DNA of 63,298 nt from Actinomycetes bacterium. Its GTDB lineage: Bacteria; Actinomycetota; Actinomycetes; S36-B12. Positions 32,427-42,176 of the stretch are shown piece by piece; positions within the stretch are counted from its first letter, which is position 1; the number at the start of each line of letters is the position of its first letter. The translations under genes and the position numbers were made by a program. The DNA lies in NCBI GenBank assembly GCA_014190275.1, contig BJGE01000004.1, forward strand, positions 1 through 63,298, read 5' to 3'. The notes beneath the pieces are model-generated. The model was not told the origin of the DNA. It searched no databases and worked only from the letters and a program-made list of their open reading frames with translations.

Positions 32427-33122
32427 TTAGGGCCGGTTCCCCAGTACTGCGCCGCCAAGGCGCACCTGTGTCGCGCCATAGGCGATGGCCACTTCTAGAT
32501 CACCACTCATCCCGGCCGAGATCTGATTGGCACCCGGCGCCAGCCCTCTAACCAGCTCCGCCACCTGGGCCAGCCGACTAAATGCCGCCTCCGGCTCCCC
32601 GACTAATGGCGCAACCCCCATTACTCCGCAAAGGTCAAGCTGGTTAAGTCCAAGCACCTGCTCGACCAACGCCAGGACACCTGCCGGGTCGGCACCACCG
32701 CGGCCACTTTGCACGGGGATATCCAGTGCCACTTGGACCATGACCGTCAAACGCCGTCCCAGCCGTGCCGCGGCACCGTCGAGGGCTACGGCTAATTCGA
32801 GGCGATCCACCGTTTGGACAACATCGGCCCACTGGAGCACCGAATTGACTTTATTGCGCTGTAGTTGCCCGATCAAATGCCACTGCAGTGGCAACTGCGC
32901 GCCTGCTGCCCACTTGGCTTTCGCCTCCTGATCGCGATTTTCGCCAACTTCTCGCACTCCCAATTCGGCCAGCAGTTGCACATCGCTGGCTGGGAAAGTT
33001 TTAGTCACCACGATCAACCGCACCCCGGATCGGTCCCGGCCAACAGCCGCGCAAGCACTGTCAATGCGGGCATTGACCACCGCGAGATTCTCAGCCACCT
33101 GCACCCTGCGGTCTTGGCTCAT
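32427..33122 (-). CDS. yggS: YggS-family PLP-binding protein
   Basis: 231 aa with LIVVTKTFP (PLP lysine region) and a GENR motif, in the conserved position after pgeF. Confidence 0.8.
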   Translation of the reverse strand: MSQDRRVQVAENLAVVNARIDSACAAVGRDRSGVRLIVVTKTFPASDVQLLAELGVREVGENRDQEAKAKWAAGAQLPLQWHLIGQLQRNKVNSVLQWADVVQTVDRLELAVALDGAAARLGRRLTVMVQVALDIPVQSGRGGADPAGVLALVEQVLGLNQLDLCGVMGVAPLVGEPEAAFSRLAQVAELVRGLAPGANQISAGMSGDLEVAIAYGATQVRLGGAVLGNRP

Positions 33123-33877
33123 AGTCGCACCAGCATGCCCTGCCGACCGGTGACGCCATCACGGCGGTAGGAGAACAGTCCGGCGGTGTGTGCGGTGCAG
33201 CCCGCCAAGGTTTGGACTTTTCTAGGACTAACTCCGGCAGCCGCAAGTTGGGCACGCACCCCTGCGCCAACGTCTAGACAGGGCACCTCCGAATCGGGGC
33301 AGGCGGCAGCCGAAATTACCGCTGGTAACCCCGCCCGGACTTCGAGTACCCGCTCCGGTGGCACCGGGTAACACTTGACACAAATTGAGGGCCCGATTAC
33401 GGCCTGCAACTGATCAGCGCCAAGTAAGCGCATCTGCTCTACCGCCGCCGGAACTACTCCTGCGGTTAGGCCACGCCAACCGCAATGCACCGCGCCAACG
33501 ACTTGATTGACTACATCGGCCAGCACTAAGGGGACGCAATCGGCCGCAAGAACCACCAGGCCTACCCCCGGTGACTTTGTCACCAGCGCATCGAATCCCG
33601 GCACAACGTCTGGCACCGGTCCGCCTCGCTCCACAATTAACACTTGCGCCCCGTGCACACCCTTCATCAGTACCAAGTTGGTGGTGGCTAAGCCAATGCT
33701 CGTCGCCGCAATCTGTAAATTGCGCTCGACATCTTCGGGCGCATCTCCGACATAAGACGCCAGATTGAGTTCATCAAACGGTGGCCGGCTATGCCCACCT
33801 AAACGACCGGTGGCCGCCCAGATTGCTGAGCGGCCACCGGGTGCCACCGAGCCAAGTTGGCCTGTGACAATTTTCAT
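33119..33877 (-). CDS. pgeF: PgeF/YfiH (DUF152, laccase-domain) protein
   Basis: DALVT, VLAADCVPLVL and VHCGWRG motifs. Immediately downstream of ftsZ. Confidence 0.8.
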   Translation of the reverse strand: MKIVTGQLGSVAPGGRSAIWAATGRLGGHSRPPFDELNLASYVGDAPEDVERNLQIAATSIGLATTNLVLMKGVHGAQVLIVERGGPVPDVVPGFDALVTKSPGVGLVVLAADCVPLVLADVVNQVVGAVHCGWRGLTAGVVPAAVEQMRLLGADQLQAVIGPSICVKCYPVPPERVLEVRAGLPAVISAAACPDSEVPCLDVGAGVRAQLAAAGVSPRKVQTLAGCTAHTAGLFSYRRDGVTGRQGMLVRL

Positions 33878-33886
33878 TTGGTTTAG

Positions 33887-35017
33887 TTACTTGAGGAAGT
33901 CAGGCACGTCAAGGCCGTCATCGGCCTCATCGAAAATGACCGTGCGCGGTTGCTGCACCGGCCGGGCGGGTGGTGAAGTGACGACCGGTATTTCACCGGT
34001 CAATGCCGGCATGGATCCGGTATCGACACCGCGACGGGTCGCAGCCGCAGCTCCCTTTCGCGCCGGTGGCTCACCTCCGTCGAAACCAGCGGCGATGACG
34101 GTGACTCGCACCTCATCACCCAAGGTGTCATCGATAACGGCACCGAAAATAATATTGGCATCTGGATGTGCGGCATCACTTACCAATCGGGCCGCCTCAT
34201 TTATCTCAAACAGGCCCAAATCGCTGCCCCCAGAAATTGACAGCAGTACCCCGTGGGCGCCGTCTATGCCAGCTTCCAGCAATGGACTTGAGATGGCTTT
34301 CTCCGCCGCCTCAACCGCACGATCTTCACCGCGGGCCGAGCCGATGCCCATGAGCGCCGAACCGGCCCCATGCATGACGCTCTTTACGTCAGCAAAGTCA
34401 AGGTTGATCAAGCCCGGGGTGGTGATCAGATCAGTGATACCGGAAACACCTTGAAGCAGGACATGATCAGCTTGTCGGAAAGCATCGATCACACTGATGT
34501 TGCGATCAGATAGCGACAGCAGCCGGTCATTAGGAATCACGATCAAGGTGTCGACCTCAGCGCGCAAGCTTTCAATACCGGTCTCGGCCTGGGCTTGACG
34601 GCGCCGACCTTCGAAGCCAAATGGGCGCGTGACCACACCGATGGTTAAAGCGCCAAGGGACCTAGCGATCCGAGCCACGATTGGTGCCCCGCCCGTTCCG
34701 GTACCACCGCCTTCGCCAGCGGTAACGAAGACCATGTCAGAGCCTTTGAGAACTTCTTCGATCTCTTGGATGTGATCCTCAGCGGCCTTCTTGCCTACTT
34801 CGGGGTCAGCACCCGCACCGAGGCCTCGGGTTAGTTCACGGCCGATATCGAGTTTGACGTCGGCGTCGCTCATCAGCAGTGCTTGCGCATCGGTGTTGAT
34901 GGCAATGAACTCAACGCCCTTTAATCCAACCTCAATCATGCGGTTAACCGCGTTCACCCCGCCGCCGCCAATACCAACGACCTTGATCACTGCCAAATAG
35001 TTATGTGGAGCCGCCAC
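33887..35017 (-). CDS. ftsZ: Cell division GTPase FtsZ
   Basis: [17 protein letters not shown] and the tubulin signature [13 protein letters not shown] start at 35017. Confidence 0.95.
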   Translation of the reverse strand: MAAPHNYLAVIKVVGIGGGGVNAVNRMIEVGLKGVEFIAINTDAQALLMSDADVKLDIGRELTRGLGAGADPEVGKKAAEDHIQEIEEVLKGSDMVFVTAGEGGGTGTGGAPIVARIARSLGALTIGVVTRPFGFEGRRRQAQAETGIESLRAEVDTLIVIPNDRLLSLSDRNISVIDAFRQADHVLLQGVSGITDLITTPGLINLDFADVKSVMHGAGSALMGIGSARGEDRAVEAAEKAISSPLLEAGIDGAHGVLLSISGGSDLGLFEINEAARLVSDAAHPDANIIFGAVIDDTLGDEVRVTVIAAGFDGGEPPARKGAAAATRRGVDTGSMPALTGEIPVVTSPPARPVQQPRTVIFDEADDGLDVPDFLK

Positions 35018-35128
35018 GGCGTCTCTTCCCTTCAGTCATGTTCAAGGTGGTCACCCCGAACGCTGCCTTCCCCAACCTAAGTCTCAACCTTTAGTTCAGG
35101 GTGAGTATTTGGTCTACCTGCAACCGGC

Positions 35129-35151
35129 GGGAGGGTAGGGGGTGGGACGGG
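35129..35151 (+). other. G-quadruplex-forming motif (five G3+ runs with 1-2 nt loops)
   Basis: Plus strand reads GGGAGGGTAGGGGGTGGGACGGG in the ftsQ-ftsZ spacer. The plus strand is the template strand for the dcw genes. Confidence 0.6.
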
Positions 35152-35244
35152 TGTTGCGCAAGGTGGGGGGGTGATTTTTTTTCCAACGGCCCCAAATACT
35201 TGGAAAACCAGCAGCATTACCGGTATTTCGACACCACGCCGGGT

Positions 35245-35961
35245 TCAACTGGAGTTGCGGGTCTTTTCTTGCTGGGTGGTCGGCAGTTCCGGAGCCGAAA
35301 CGTCATAAACCTCGGCCCGGCGTTGCAGCAATGCGGCAAGTACCTGGGCCTTTCGCTCACCTTGCTCCGCGCTCCCCCAACGCACCTTGGAACCGGACTT
35401 AAGTTCGAGGACCACATCATCACGAGTGCTCGCCGAGACCCCTACTACTTTGCTCAGGAGCCCAGGCGGTAGGCCCTGCCACACGGTTACTGCTGCGACC
35501 AAGCCGACCCCATCGGCCTCGATAATCGGCAGGTTACTAGCTAACTGCACCGGTGCATCAAATGCGACCCCACCGGCATCAACCCCGCGGCCGGTGCCTT
35601 TTTGGGTGGCAATGGCGACGCGGGATTCCACCGCCAAGATGACCTCATTAGGCCAACCTCGGCGCACCTCAACCGCACCCACCCACGGCAAGGCCATGAT
35701 GGCCGCTGTTGCGCCATCGGCATCCAATTGGGCCAGCGGCACCCCCAGGGGGACCGCAGCACTAGCTAGTACCGATGCTGCCGGGCTGCCGGTGACCCCG
35801 ATGACCCGAACATCACGCACCGCAAAAACCGAGGAAAACCAAACCAACCAAATCACTGCGGTTGCCAAGAGCGCCAACAAGATAAGGATAAGACCGCGTA
35901 AGCGGCGGCGCGGCTTACCAACGCGCGGTGGGGTAGCTAGCGGAATTACCGGTGCGCTCAT
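35245..35961 (-). CDS. ftsQ: Cell division protein FtsQ
   Basis: Basic N-terminus, a single TM helix (LILILLALLATAVIWLVWF), then a POTRA-like start (FAVRDVRVIG). Located between murC and ftsZ. Confidence 0.8.
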   Translation of the reverse strand: MSAPVIPLATPPRVGKPRRRLRGLILILLALLATAVIWLVWFSSVFAVRDVRVIGVTGSPAASVLASAAVPLGVPLAQLDADGATAAIMALPWVGAVEVRRGWPNEVILAVESRVAIATQKGTGRGVDAGGVAFDAPVQLASNLPIIEADGVGLVAAVTVWQGLPPGLLSKVVGVSASTRDDVVLELKSGSKVRWGSAEQGERKAQVLAALLQRRAEVYDVSAPELPTTQQEKTRNSS

Positions 35962-37358
35962 CCCCGCTCCCGCAAAATATCCAAGATCTCCAGCGCAATA
36001 AGTCCGATATCACCGGCACCCAAAGTCAAGATCACGTCACCCGGCTGCGCGCGATCAGCTAGTTGGCCAGCCACCGCGGACCAAGATGGTTCAAAGACCA
36101 CATGCGTTGGGTCCAGCGGCACCTGGGCTGCCATGGCCAGGCCACTGACCCCTGGAATCGGGGTTTCACCAGGTGCGAAAACCTCGAGTACGACAACTTC
36201 GTCGGCCAAGCCCAGCGCTGCGCCAAACTCCGTCAAGTACATCGCCGTGCGGTAGAAGTGGTGGGCTTGAAACGCCACAATGAGGCGGCCGGCGCCAACA
36301 ACATCTCGGGCGGCGGCCAAGGTTGCCGCGATCTCGGTGGGATGGTGGGCGTAGTCATCAAATACCCGGACCCCGCCGACTTCACCCTTGAAATCAAATC
36401 GACGCCGAGTGCCGCTGAACTCACCTAGGCCCGCCTGCACCAAGGGTGGGTCAAAGCCAAGCCCCACCGCCATGACATAGGCGGCCGTGGCGTTTAGTGC
36501 ATTGTGTCGACCCGGCACCTGCAACTGGATCTGGCCCACCACTTGGCCGCAGAACTCAATATTGAAGTGCCAGCCCCTCCCGACGAGTTTTGCCCCCGTC
36601 AATCGGTATTCGGCGTCCGCCGACTCACCGTAGGTGCGCACATCAACACCCATCGCTTGCGCCTGCGCCGTCAGTCGGGCGCCGCCGGCGTCATCGATAC
36701 ACACGACGATAAAGCCAGAGCGGGTGCTCACCTGCATTGCGAATTCAACAAAAGCTTGCTCGATAGCCTCGAAATCACCCCAGTAGTTCAAGTGGTCGGC
36801 TTCCACATTTGTCACGATAGCCGCGGTGGGACCAAGTTTTAGGAAGGTACCGTCACTCTCATCGGCCTCAACAACGAAAATATCACCGCTGCCAAGATGG
36901 GCATTTGAACCAGTTTCGTTCAGTTCACTACCGATTGCGAATGATGGATCCGCGCCACAGTGCTGCAGCGCAACGGTCAGCATTGAGGTGGTAGTGGTCT
37001 TGCCGTGTGCACCTGATACCGCCACGGTTCGGCTCCCACGCATCACAAATGCGAGCGCATCGGATCGGGTGAGCACCCTGATACCCTGCTGGGCAGCCGC
37101 CATGCGCTCTGGATTATCCGCAGAGATAGCAGTTGAATACACAAGGGTGTCGATCCCCACGATCAATCCTGCGTCGTGGCCAACATGGGTCTTCACGCCG
37201 ATTACTTCAAGTGCCTGTAGGCGTCGCGAATCCTTGGCGTCGCTGCCAGAAACGTCGATACCTTGCGCCACCATAATGCGGGCGATGCCTGACATCCCAG
37301 CACCACCGATACCGACTATGTGCACCCGGCCAAGATCGGTTGGACTTTGCCCCGTCAT
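35958..37358 (-). CDS. murC: UDP-N-acetylmuramate--L-alanine ligase
   Basis: VHIVGIGGAGMSGIA and GAHGKTTTTSM motifs. Confidence 0.9.
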   Translation of the reverse strand: MTGQSPTDLGRVHIVGIGGAGMSGIARIMVAQGIDVSGSDAKDSRRLQALEVIGVKTHVGHDAGLIVGIDTLVYSTAISADNPERMAAAQQGIRVLTRSDALAFVMRGSRTVAVSGAHGKTTTTSMLTVALQHCGADPSFAIGSELNETGSNAHLGSGDIFVVEADESDGTFLKLGPTAAIVTNVEADHLNYWGDFEAIEQAFVEFAMQVSTRSGFIVVCIDDAGGARLTAQAQAMGVDVRTYGESADAEYRLTGAKLVGRGWHFNIEFCGQVVGQIQLQVPGRHNALNATAAYVMAVGLGFDPPLVQAGLGEFSGTRRRFDFKGEVGGVRVFDDYAHHPTEIAATLAAARDVVGAGRLIVAFQAHHFYRTAMYLTEFGAALGLADEVVVLEVFAPGETPIPGVSGLAMAAQVPLDPTHVVFEPSWSAVAGQLADRAQPGDVILTLGAGDIGLIALEILDILRERG

Positions 37359-38455
37359 GATGAAGTGCCTTTTATGCGTGTCATGGCTACCGCCGAGATT
37401 ACCTCCGCAAATTGTCGACCAGCATCACGCTCACCCATACCCGCTACCGCAGCACCCATGGTGGCTAGTTTGCCCCGGTCAAGAATTAGCGGCGGAACGG
37501 TTTGAATCAGCCATTCCGCTGTGCAATCACCGTCGGCAACATAAAGACCACCACCTGCTTCGACCAGCGGCAAGGCGTTAAGGCGCTGCTCGCCATTTCC
37601 GACAGGCAGCGGAACATATATCGCAGGTAAACCAACCGCCGCGAGCTCCGCGCAGGTCATCGCGCCGGCGCGAGTAATGGCCAGATCAGCGGCGGCGTAA
37701 GCAAGTTCCATCTGGGCTATATATGCCAAAGGCACATAACCAGGCTGGCTGTTGGGTGCCACGTTCTTCGAACCGTAGGAGTGCAGCACCGAAATCCCGG
37801 CACCGAGCAGCTCCGGTAGCGCCCCCGCGATCGTGGCATTTAGATGCTGAGCCCCCTGGGATCCACCTAATACTAGGAGCACCGGTTTATCACTGGGAAG
37901 ACCAAAACTCGCCAAGGCCGCCAAGCGTGCATCACTTCGCTGCAATCGCGCGATGCCCGGCCGCAAGGGCAAGCCCATTACCGTGCCACCCTTTATCGCT
38001 CCCGGGACACAGACGTAGACCAGTGAGGTGAACCTCGCTGCCACCTTATTGGCTAAGCCAGCTTTGGCATTGGCTTCATGAATCACAACCGGAATGCGAA
38101 GTTCCCGGGCCGCTAGGTAAGTGGGGAGCGCAGCATAACCTCCAAAACCAACAACCACATCGGCTTTTACTTCCCGTAACTGCTCTTTCGCTCGTTTCTT
38201 AGCAGCACGCTGCCTTGGACAAACCAGTAACAGATCAATTGAGGGGCGCCTTGGCATCGGAGCGGCGGGCACGCTGAGCAGTGGGTAGCCACGAGCAGGC
38301 ACCAGTGTGGTTTCAAGTCCGCGATCACCACCGATCACCGTTATGCGCGTCTGCGGATCGAGGGCGATCAACTCATCTGCAAGATTAAGGGCCGGTTCTA
38401 CATGACCGGCTGTGCCACCGGCGGCGAGCACGACACTAGGTGGGCGCGCAGACAT
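37355..38455 (-). CDS. murG: Undecaprenyl-PP-MurNAc-pentapeptide UDP-GlcNAc transferase
   Basis: VLAAGGTAGHVEPAL N-terminal motif and a GT28 fold, between ftsW and murC. Confidence 0.9.
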   Translation of the reverse strand: MSARPPSVVLAAGGTAGHVEPALNLADELIALDPQTRITVIGGDRGLETTLVPARGYPLLSVPAAPMPRRPSIDLLLVCPRQRAAKKRAKEQLREVKADVVVGFGGYAALPTYLAARELRIPVVIHEANAKAGLANKVAARFTSLVYVCVPGAIKGGTVMGLPLRPGIARLQRSDARLAALASFGLPSDKPVLLVLGGSQGAQHLNATIAGALPELLGAGISVLHSYGSKNVAPNSQPGYVPLAYIAQMELAYAAADLAITRAGAMTCAELAAVGLPAIYVPLPVGNGEQRLNALPLVEAGGGLYVADGDCTAEWLIQTVPPLILDRGKLATMGAAVAGMGERDAGRQFAEVISAVAMTRIKGTSS

Positions 38456-38458
38456 CGA

Positions 38459-39676
38459 CTATCTTCGTCGCAGTGAAATTGCCGTCGACTTGCGACGCAG
38501 CGCGGTTCGGGCTGCCGGTTCTTGACGGGCGAAGGCAAGAAGCATCCCAACCGCGGCCAAAATCGGAAGGAGTGATGACCCACCGTAGGAAACAAGTGGT
38601 AGCGGCACTCCCGTGATAGGCAGTAGACCAAGGACCGCACCAATATTCAAAATCGCCTGCAGCAAGATCCACGAGCCAACACCCGCCGCGGCCACGCGTA
38701 CAAAAGTCTCGTTGGTGCTCTTACTGAGTCGGAAGATCGCGAAAGCCAAAATCCCAAACAGCCCAAGCACCGCCAAGGTGCCAACCAACCCAAGTTCTTC
38801 GCCGATGACCGGAAAAATGAAGTCGGTGTGGGCCTCAGGTAAAGATCCCCACTTCTCCCGACTCGCTCCTAGGCCAACTCCCCAGAAGCCACCCGTTCCC
38901 AACGCGTACTGGCCTTGGGTGACCTGCCAGTCGACCCCTAAGCGATCATTACCCGGGTTCAACCAAGCCGCGAACCTGTCCATTCGATAGGGCGCTGCAA
39001 TGGTGAGCAGCCAAATACCCCCGGCTCCCAGACCGGCTAGAAGCACAAATAGACGCAGCGGCGCACCTACTGCAAAAAGCATCCCGCAGGTTATTGCCGC
39101 CAGCATGAACGCATTACCGAAATCACCTTCCAAAAGCACCAACACCATCATCAGCCCGGCTACCGGAAGCAACGGAATCAGCAGGTGCTTCCAACTATTG
39201 AGTAAGTGGCTTTTGCGGGTTAGTAGATCAGCGCCCCAAACGATGAGTGCAAACTTCGCAAACTCACTCGGTTGGAGCCGAAATGGCCCAAATAATTCAA
39301 TCCAGTTGCGTTGCCCGGAAACCTCAACGCCAACAATTAAGACCGCGATCAGAAGCCCCAATGACACGGCGAGTAGGTACCAACAAATAGCTCGCCAGAA
39401 TTGGATGGATGTGCGGGCCGCAAACACCAGCCCGACCACGCCGATGACGGCGAACATTGCCTGCCGCTGTGCCAACGTGTATGCCGAACCAAATACCCGA
39501 TAGCTTTCGATACTCGAAGCGGACAAAACCATGACCAAACCGAGCACAAGCAGTAATAACGAAGCGCCCAGCAACAGATAGTAAGTACTCAGGGGGTGGT
39601 CAAGGAGTAATCGGACCCGCCCGGAGAGCCACCGCGCGGACGTAGCGGGCACCGATTCATTATCGACCGCGGTCAC
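38459..39676 (-). CDS. ftsW: SEDS-family peptidoglycan polymerase FtsW
   Basis: 405 aa with about 10 TM helices. QPSEFAK and TDFIF motifs are typical of FtsW/RodA. Confidence 0.85.
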   Translation of the reverse strand: MTAVDNESVPATSARWLSGRVRLLLDHPLSTYYLLLGASLLLLVLGLVMVLSASSIESYRVFGSAYTLAQRQAMFAVIGVVGLVFAARTSIQFWRAICWYLLAVSLGLLIAVLIVGVEVSGQRNWIELFGPFRLQPSEFAKFALIVWGADLLTRKSHLLNSWKHLLIPLLPVAGLMMVLVLLEGDFGNAFMLAAITCGMLFAVGAPLRLFVLLAGLGAGGIWLLTIAAPYRMDRFAAWLNPGNDRLGVDWQVTQGQYALGTGGFWGVGLGASREKWGSLPEAHTDFIFPVIGEELGLVGTLAVLGLFGILAFAIFRLSKSTNETFVRVAAAGVGSWILLQAILNIGAVLGLLPITGVPLPLVSYGGSSLLPILAAVGMLLAFARQEPAARTALRRKSTAISLRRR

Positions 39677-41115
39677 AGCTGATCACCTGCTCTAGCCGCA
39701 GCCAATTCATGGACCGCGTCCGCGAAAACCTGGCCCCGATGACCGTAGTCCGTGAACATGTCCCACGAGGCACAACCGGGAGCCAGCAGCACGGTATCGC
39801 CCACTTTGGCGAACCCCATGGCCGCTTCAACGACCGCTCGCATGACACCAGTGTCGGTCCGATCCATGCTCAAGAGAGGGACATCCGGGGCGTGTCGGGA
39901 CACCGATTCGGCGATCACCGCCTGATCCACCCCGATGACAATTACGGCTCGTAAATGTGCTCGGGCCTGCTGAACCAGCTCGGCGAAGTCCTGGCCCTTA
40001 GCCATACCGCCCGCAAGCCAAACTACCTTCGGGTAAGCCAGCAACGAGGTAAGAGCTGCGTGGGTGTTCGTCGCTTTCGAGTCATCAACAAAGTTGACTC
40101 CGGCAACCATCGCAACTTGGGCAATTCGATGGGCCGCAGGCTCAAAAGTTCGCAAGCCCTGTTGGATGGCGCCGGCGGGGACCCCAAAGGATCGAGCCAG
40201 TGCGGCGGCGGCGAGTGCATTGGCCACATTATGCGGAGCATTTGGCTGTACGTCAGTTACCAGCGCCAGTTCCTGGGCCACATCTTGACGATTTGGAATG
40301 AAAGCCCGATCAACCAGGGCTTCGTCCACCACACCTAGCATCGAAATCCCGGGGACCCCAAGGGTGAAGCCGATAGCGCGACACCCCTCGACCACCTCTG
40401 CATCCTGCACCAGAATCCTCGTTGCGTCATCATCGGCGTTATATACCGCAGCGAGCTGGGTGCGTTCAAAAATCTTTGCTTTCGCTGCCACATAGGCTGC
40501 CTTAGAGCCAAAGTGATCCAGATGATCATCAGCAATGTTCAAGCAGGCTGCCGAGTGCGGGCTCATCGATTCCACGAAGGGTAACTGTGGCGCCCCAACT
40601 TCTACCGCTATCACCTCATAAGAGTCATGCATTACTACGTCAACGAGGCTGGTGCCAATATTTCCTGCTGCCACCGCGTTGAAGCCGCCTGCGCGCAGCA
40701 TGGATTCCAGCATCATGGTAGTCGTCGTTTTGCCGTTGGTGCCCGTAATAACCAGCCACGGCGCCGGGGACTTCATCGGTCGCAGCCGCCAGGCTAGCTC
40801 CAACTCACCCCAAACCGGAATTCCAGCTGCCAGGGCGGTGGTGATCAGTCGGTGTGTTGGGCGCAGACCCGGTGAAACAATCAACAGATCGCAGTCTGGG
40901 ATATCACTTGAATAACCAAGTAGCACTTCCGCCTCTAGCGTACGCAAGACCTCAGCTCGCTCAAGCTGCGTAGACCCGTCGGCACTATCAACAACCGTAA
41001 CGCGCGCGCCTAATTGCATCAGTGCGTCGGCGCAGGCAAAGCCAGCAACACCTATGCCCGCGACGACAACGTGAAATTGTGACCAGTCAGAGTCACGCCT
41101 TAGTCCGGTGATCAT
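39673..41115 (-). CDS. murD: UDP-N-acetylmuramoylalanine--D-glutamate ligase
   Basis: VVVAGIGVAGFA and ITGTNGKTTTT motifs. Start taken at ATG 41115 overlapping the mraY stop. Confidence 0.9.
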   Translation of the reverse strand: MITGLRRDSDWSQFHVVVAGIGVAGFACADALMQLGARVTVVDSADGSTQLERAEVLRTLEAEVLLGYSSDIPDCDLLIVSPGLRPTHRLITTALAAGIPVWGELELAWRLRPMKSPAPWLVITGTNGKTTTTMMLESMLRAGGFNAVAAGNIGTSLVDVVMHDSYEVIAVEVGAPQLPFVESMSPHSAACLNIADDHLDHFGSKAAYVAAKAKIFERTQLAAVYNADDDATRILVQDAEVVEGCRAIGFTLGVPGISMLGVVDEALVDRAFIPNRQDVAQELALVTDVQPNAPHNVANALAAAALARSFGVPAGAIQQGLRTFEPAAHRIAQVAMVAGVNFVDDSKATNTHAALTSLLAYPKVVWLAGGMAKGQDFAELVQQARAHLRAVIVIGVDQAVIAESVSRHAPDVPLLSMDRTDTGVMRAVVEAAMGFAKVGDTVLLAPGCASWDMFTDYGHRGQVFADAVHELAAARAGDQL

Positions 41116-42176
41116 GCACGCACCCATTCGGCATAGAACAAGGTGAGCCCAGCACCAATGCACAGCCCCTGAATAATCCAGAATCGGACCACGATCTGTA
41201 TCTCGGGCCAGCCGAGCATTTCAAAATGGTGGTGCAACGGCGCCATGCGAAGGATGCGTCGACCCGTCAACTTAAATGACCCAACCTGACCAATCACGGA
41301 CAGAGCCGTGATCAAGAAGAGGCCGGCCAAAAGCGGCAGTAGCAGTTCCGTGCGCGACAAAACCGCCAAGCCCGCGATGCCACCACCCAAAGCCAGGGAA
41401 CCGGTGTCCCCCATGAAAATTCGCGCGGGAGCGGTGTTCCACCACAGAAAGCCAAAGCAGGCTCCGGCCGCAGAGGCAGCCACAATCGACAGATCCAAAG
41501 GGTTCAAGGTTGAGTAGCAAGTTGAGGTCGCGGCAAAGGCACAATTTTGACCGTACTGCCAAATGCTAATAAAAACATAGGCGAGAAAGGTCATCGTTGA
41601 CGCACCAATGGCGAGTCCATCTAGGCCATCGGTGAGGTTTACTCCATTAGTGGTGGCGGTAACCAAGAACCAGACCCAAAGTAGGAACAAACCGAGTGGA
41701 AGAATAAGTGAGGTGTCCCGGACGAACGACACTGCCATCGAAGCCGGTGTGCTGCCATCCACCGGAAACTGCAATGACAGCCAGGCAAATGCAAGTGCAA
41801 CAACCGCTTGACCAATTAGCTTCGTGCGGGCACGTAGACCGGTACTTCGCTGTTTAAAAATCTTCAAGGAGTCATCAGCGAGGCCAACTAACCCAAGGCC
41901 AACCATCAGGAATAAAATCAGCAATCCTGAGGCCGTAAGTGGCCGCCAAGTCACTAGGTGGGTGCCGAAGTATCCAGCGAGTACTCCCGCCAAGATAGCC
42001 ACTCCACCCATGGAGGGGGTACCGCGTTTACCCTCGTGAGCTGGATACTTGCCGGTCTCGGTCGAGACTCGGATCGCCTGTGCATAGCCGCGGCGACTCA
42101 ATAGTTTGATTAAGAGCGGGGTGCCAATGAGGGAGACAATGGTCGCGATTGCCCCGGCTATCACTACCAGTCTCAC
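41112..42176 (-). CDS. mraY: Phospho-N-acetylmuramoyl-pentapeptide transferase
   Basis: 354-aa polytopic protein with TPSMGG, NLTDGLDGLA and PLHHHFE motifs. Confidence 0.9.
   Translation of the reverse strand: MRLVVIAGAIATIVSLIGTPLLIKLLSRRGYAQAIRVSTETGKYPAHEGKRGTPSMGGVAILAGVLAGYFGTHLVTWRPLTASGLLILFLMVGLGLVGLADDSLKIFKQRSTGLRARTKLIGQAVVALAFAWLSLQFPVDGSTPASMAVSFVRDTSLILPLGLFLLWVWFLVTATTNGVNLTDGLDGLAIGASTMTFLAYVFISIWQYGQNCAFAATSTCYSTLNPLDLSIVAASAAGACFGFLWWNTAPARIFMGDTGSLALGGGIAGLAVLSRTELLLPLLAGLFLITALSVIGQVGSFKLTGRRILRMAPLHHHFEMLGWPEIQIVVRFWIIQGLCIGAGLTLFYAEWVRA

Noticed and set aside
35018-35244. 6C-type small RNA, suggested by the C-rich tracts on the sense strand of the ftsQ-ftsZ spacer.
   Set aside because: I could not draw the two C-loop hairpins that define 6C RNA, and the C-runs lack flanking complementary stems. 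I reported it as a G4 and homopolymer feature only.
35101-35472. 123-aa plus-strand ORF starting in the ftsQ-ftsZ spacer.
   Set aside because: It runs antisense into ftsQ, begins in the G-rich and homopolymer region, and its translation has no recognisable features. I treated it as spurious.
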